IMG/VR virus record: IMGVR_UViG_3300028392_000054
Location: 1 to 64,000 of that record
Length of the DNA stretch: 64,000 nt
Direction: 5' to 3' (one strand)
DNA from: a virus
Shown: positions 62,725 to 64,000 of the stretch, in pieces
Position numbering within the stretch: position 1 is the stretch's first letter
Layout: every line of letters begins with the position of its first letter
The notes under the pieces: generated by a model
Databases searched by the model: none
Seen by the model: only the letters and a program-made list of their open reading frames with translations
What the model was told of the DNA's origin: nothing
Position numbers and translations under genes: made by a program

Positions 62725-63077
62725 TATTTAGCCTTCTTAGGTGCTGCCTTCTTTGCAGCTGGCTTAGCGGCTGGTTTAGCAGCAGCTTTTTTAGGTGCTG
62801 GCTTTGCAGCATCTGGAGTACCACTAGTCTTAGGTATTGAAGACTTTTCTGATGCTGCGTATCCAGGCTTACGAATAGCGGCATAACGAAGAGTAGTCTT
62901 ATAACCCTGCTTAGCCAATTCAGCCATGTGGTTAGCAATATCTACGTGAGGAGCACCTCGCATAGCGGTAGTGCCTTTTTCTTTGTCTTTAGCGTGATCT
63001 ACAATAGGCACAATATCGTGGGTCTCATCCGAGTACTCCGGTGTTGATGGTGCCGCTGCGGCTGCTTTCTTAGCCAT
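62724..63077 (-). CDS. Protein with histone H1-like AAKP tail
   Basis: KPAPKKAAAKPAAKPAAKKAAPKKAK; AGGAG SD. Confidence 0.75.
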   Translation of the reverse strand: MAKKAAAAAPSTPEYSDETHDIVPIVDHAKDKEKGTTAMRGAPHVDIANHMAELAKQGYKTTLRYAAIRKPGYAASEKSSIPKTSGTPDAAKPAPKKAAAKPAAKPAAKKAAPKKAK

Positions 63078-63086
63078 TTATATCTC

Positions 63087-63620
63087 CTATGGTTGGGCGT
63101 AACTTAAGAACTGTGAATCATTAACAAGCTCATCTGGAGCTAGTTGTGAAAGGTCCATAACTACTAAAGTATACCTGTTAGCAACTAAACCTGCTGGCTG
63201 AGCTTTAGTAGGTCTAAAAACTTCGCCTTTATAGACAACGCGGTATTTATCCAAGAGGTCTACTGAGGAAGTAATAGCGCCAATATTGGTAAATACTTCT
63301 GGGGCTACTGCCTGAACATCATCTACATTTAGGGTTAAGTGTAGAGTGTCTACGTTGTAGAAACCGCGTTCATTTAGCAAGGAAGAGCCTTGAGTAAGAC
63401 TAGCTCTAATTACAGAAATAGTCTTAGGGCCAATCCAAACACGACCAGTGCCAATAGGCTCAACATCATAAATGGTATCTTTGACAGAACTAGCGGCATC
63501 AAACTTCCACCACTCAGCAGATGTTCCTACTGGGTTAGTGAGGTCAGCTGTAATGCCTTCGCTAATCTGGTCTGATTCGAAATCAGAATCAAACCTACCA
63601 CCTGGTGTGTAGGCTCTCAT
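63087..63620 (-). CDS. Head-tail joining/neck protein
   Basis: DTIYDV, ERGFYNVDTL, RVVYKGEVF; position upstream of tail genes. Confidence 0.6.
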   Translation of the reverse strand: MRAYTPGGRFDSDFESDQISEGITADLTNPVGTSAEWWKFDAASSVKDTIYDVEPIGTGRVWIGPKTISVIRASLTQGSSLLNERGFYNVDTLHLTLNVDDVQAVAPEVFTNIGAITSSVDLLDKYRVVYKGEVFRPTKAQPAGLVANRYTLVVMDLSQLAPDELVNDSQFLSYAQP

Positions 63621-63623
63621 ATA

Positions 63624-64000
63624 TTACGCCTGAGCTTCGGTCCAAGACAAACGCCCTACTACCTGCGCTGCTGCAAGAGAGTTAAGGTTTTGAACCACAA
63701 TTGTAAGAACGTCAGGACCATCAGGGTAAATACCAGTGTTAACCACGGTAGTTCCGCCGCCAAGGATTGAATTACCAAGGTCACGAACAATTGAAAGGTC
63801 GATGCTGTTGGTACCATTAACAAAGAATCCGCCAGTAACTTCACCACCAGTAACCGTAGGAGCCGTAGTTGCTGTTGAATGGTCAGCAATTTGTGCAAGG
63901 CTTGAGGTAGGTGAACTTAGTGCGTTCCATGTTGTTGATACAGTAGGAACACCGTTTAGTACAGCTGTTACAAGCAGGTTACCAAAAGTAGAACCTTGAA
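63624..64000 (-). CDS. C-terminus of a large virion structural protein (truncated by window)
   Basis: SILGGG...YPDGPDVLTIVVQNL...RLSWTEAQA stop, a recurrent virion protein C-terminus. Confidence 0.75.
   Translation of the reverse strand, partial: QGSTFGNLLVTAVLNGVPTVSTTWNALSSPTSSLAQIADHSTATTAPTVTGGEVTGGFFVNGTNSIDLSIVRDLGNSILGGGTTVVNTGIYPDGPDVLTIVVQNLNSLAAAQVVGRLSWTEAQA

Noticed and set aside
63659-63999. Track ORFs 63659-63898 (-) and 63736-63999 (+)
   Set aside because: Alternate frames of the truncated structural gene that ends at 63624.
1-64000. Alternative genetic code
   Set aside because: Conserved genes are full length in the standard code, all three stops are used, and the tRNA-Trp has a normal CCA anticodon.

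Overview
This is 64 kb of a large dsDNA phage with a contractile tail (myovirus-type). The host is most likely an actinobacterium, inferred from WhiB, GAAAGG-type SD sequences and TANNNT -10 boxes. There are four blocks. (1) 1-9.57 kb, + strand, early-type region: DUF932, a MoxR-type AAA+/VWA pair, two XRE HTH proteins, Cys-rich micro-ORFs and a prepilin peptidase. It is punctuated by a repeated intergenic module: hairpin, then a 27-bp-arm inverted repeat with conserved ends, then 11-bp-phased GTNAC boxes, then (AG)5 inside a sigmaA-type promoter. By eye it has no AGCT, GGCC, TCGA, GATC or CGCG, whereas AGCT and GGCC become common immediately after it. (2) 9.7-43.9 kb, mostly - strand: nucleotide metabolism, recombination and replication genes (NrdJ, nucleotidyltransferase, SpoVS, RuvC, Cas4-like nuclease, WhiB, RecA, PolA, SSB, two adenine MTases, tRNA-Trp, tRNA-Thr, Hsp20, NlpC/P60, SNF2, primase, DnaB, DnaC-like loader). 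(3) A + strand envelope/lysis cassette embedded in block 2 (32.9-36.0 kb). It contains a strong candidate -1 programmed frameshift that would add a membrane anchor to a secreted PA14 protein. (4) 43.9-64 kb, - strand: baseplate, tape measure, tail chaperone (candidate +1 frameshift), tube, a sheath with nested beta-module insertions, neck proteins and a cluster of small Lys-rich proteins. All assignments come from motif recognition by eye; no searches or computations were run.
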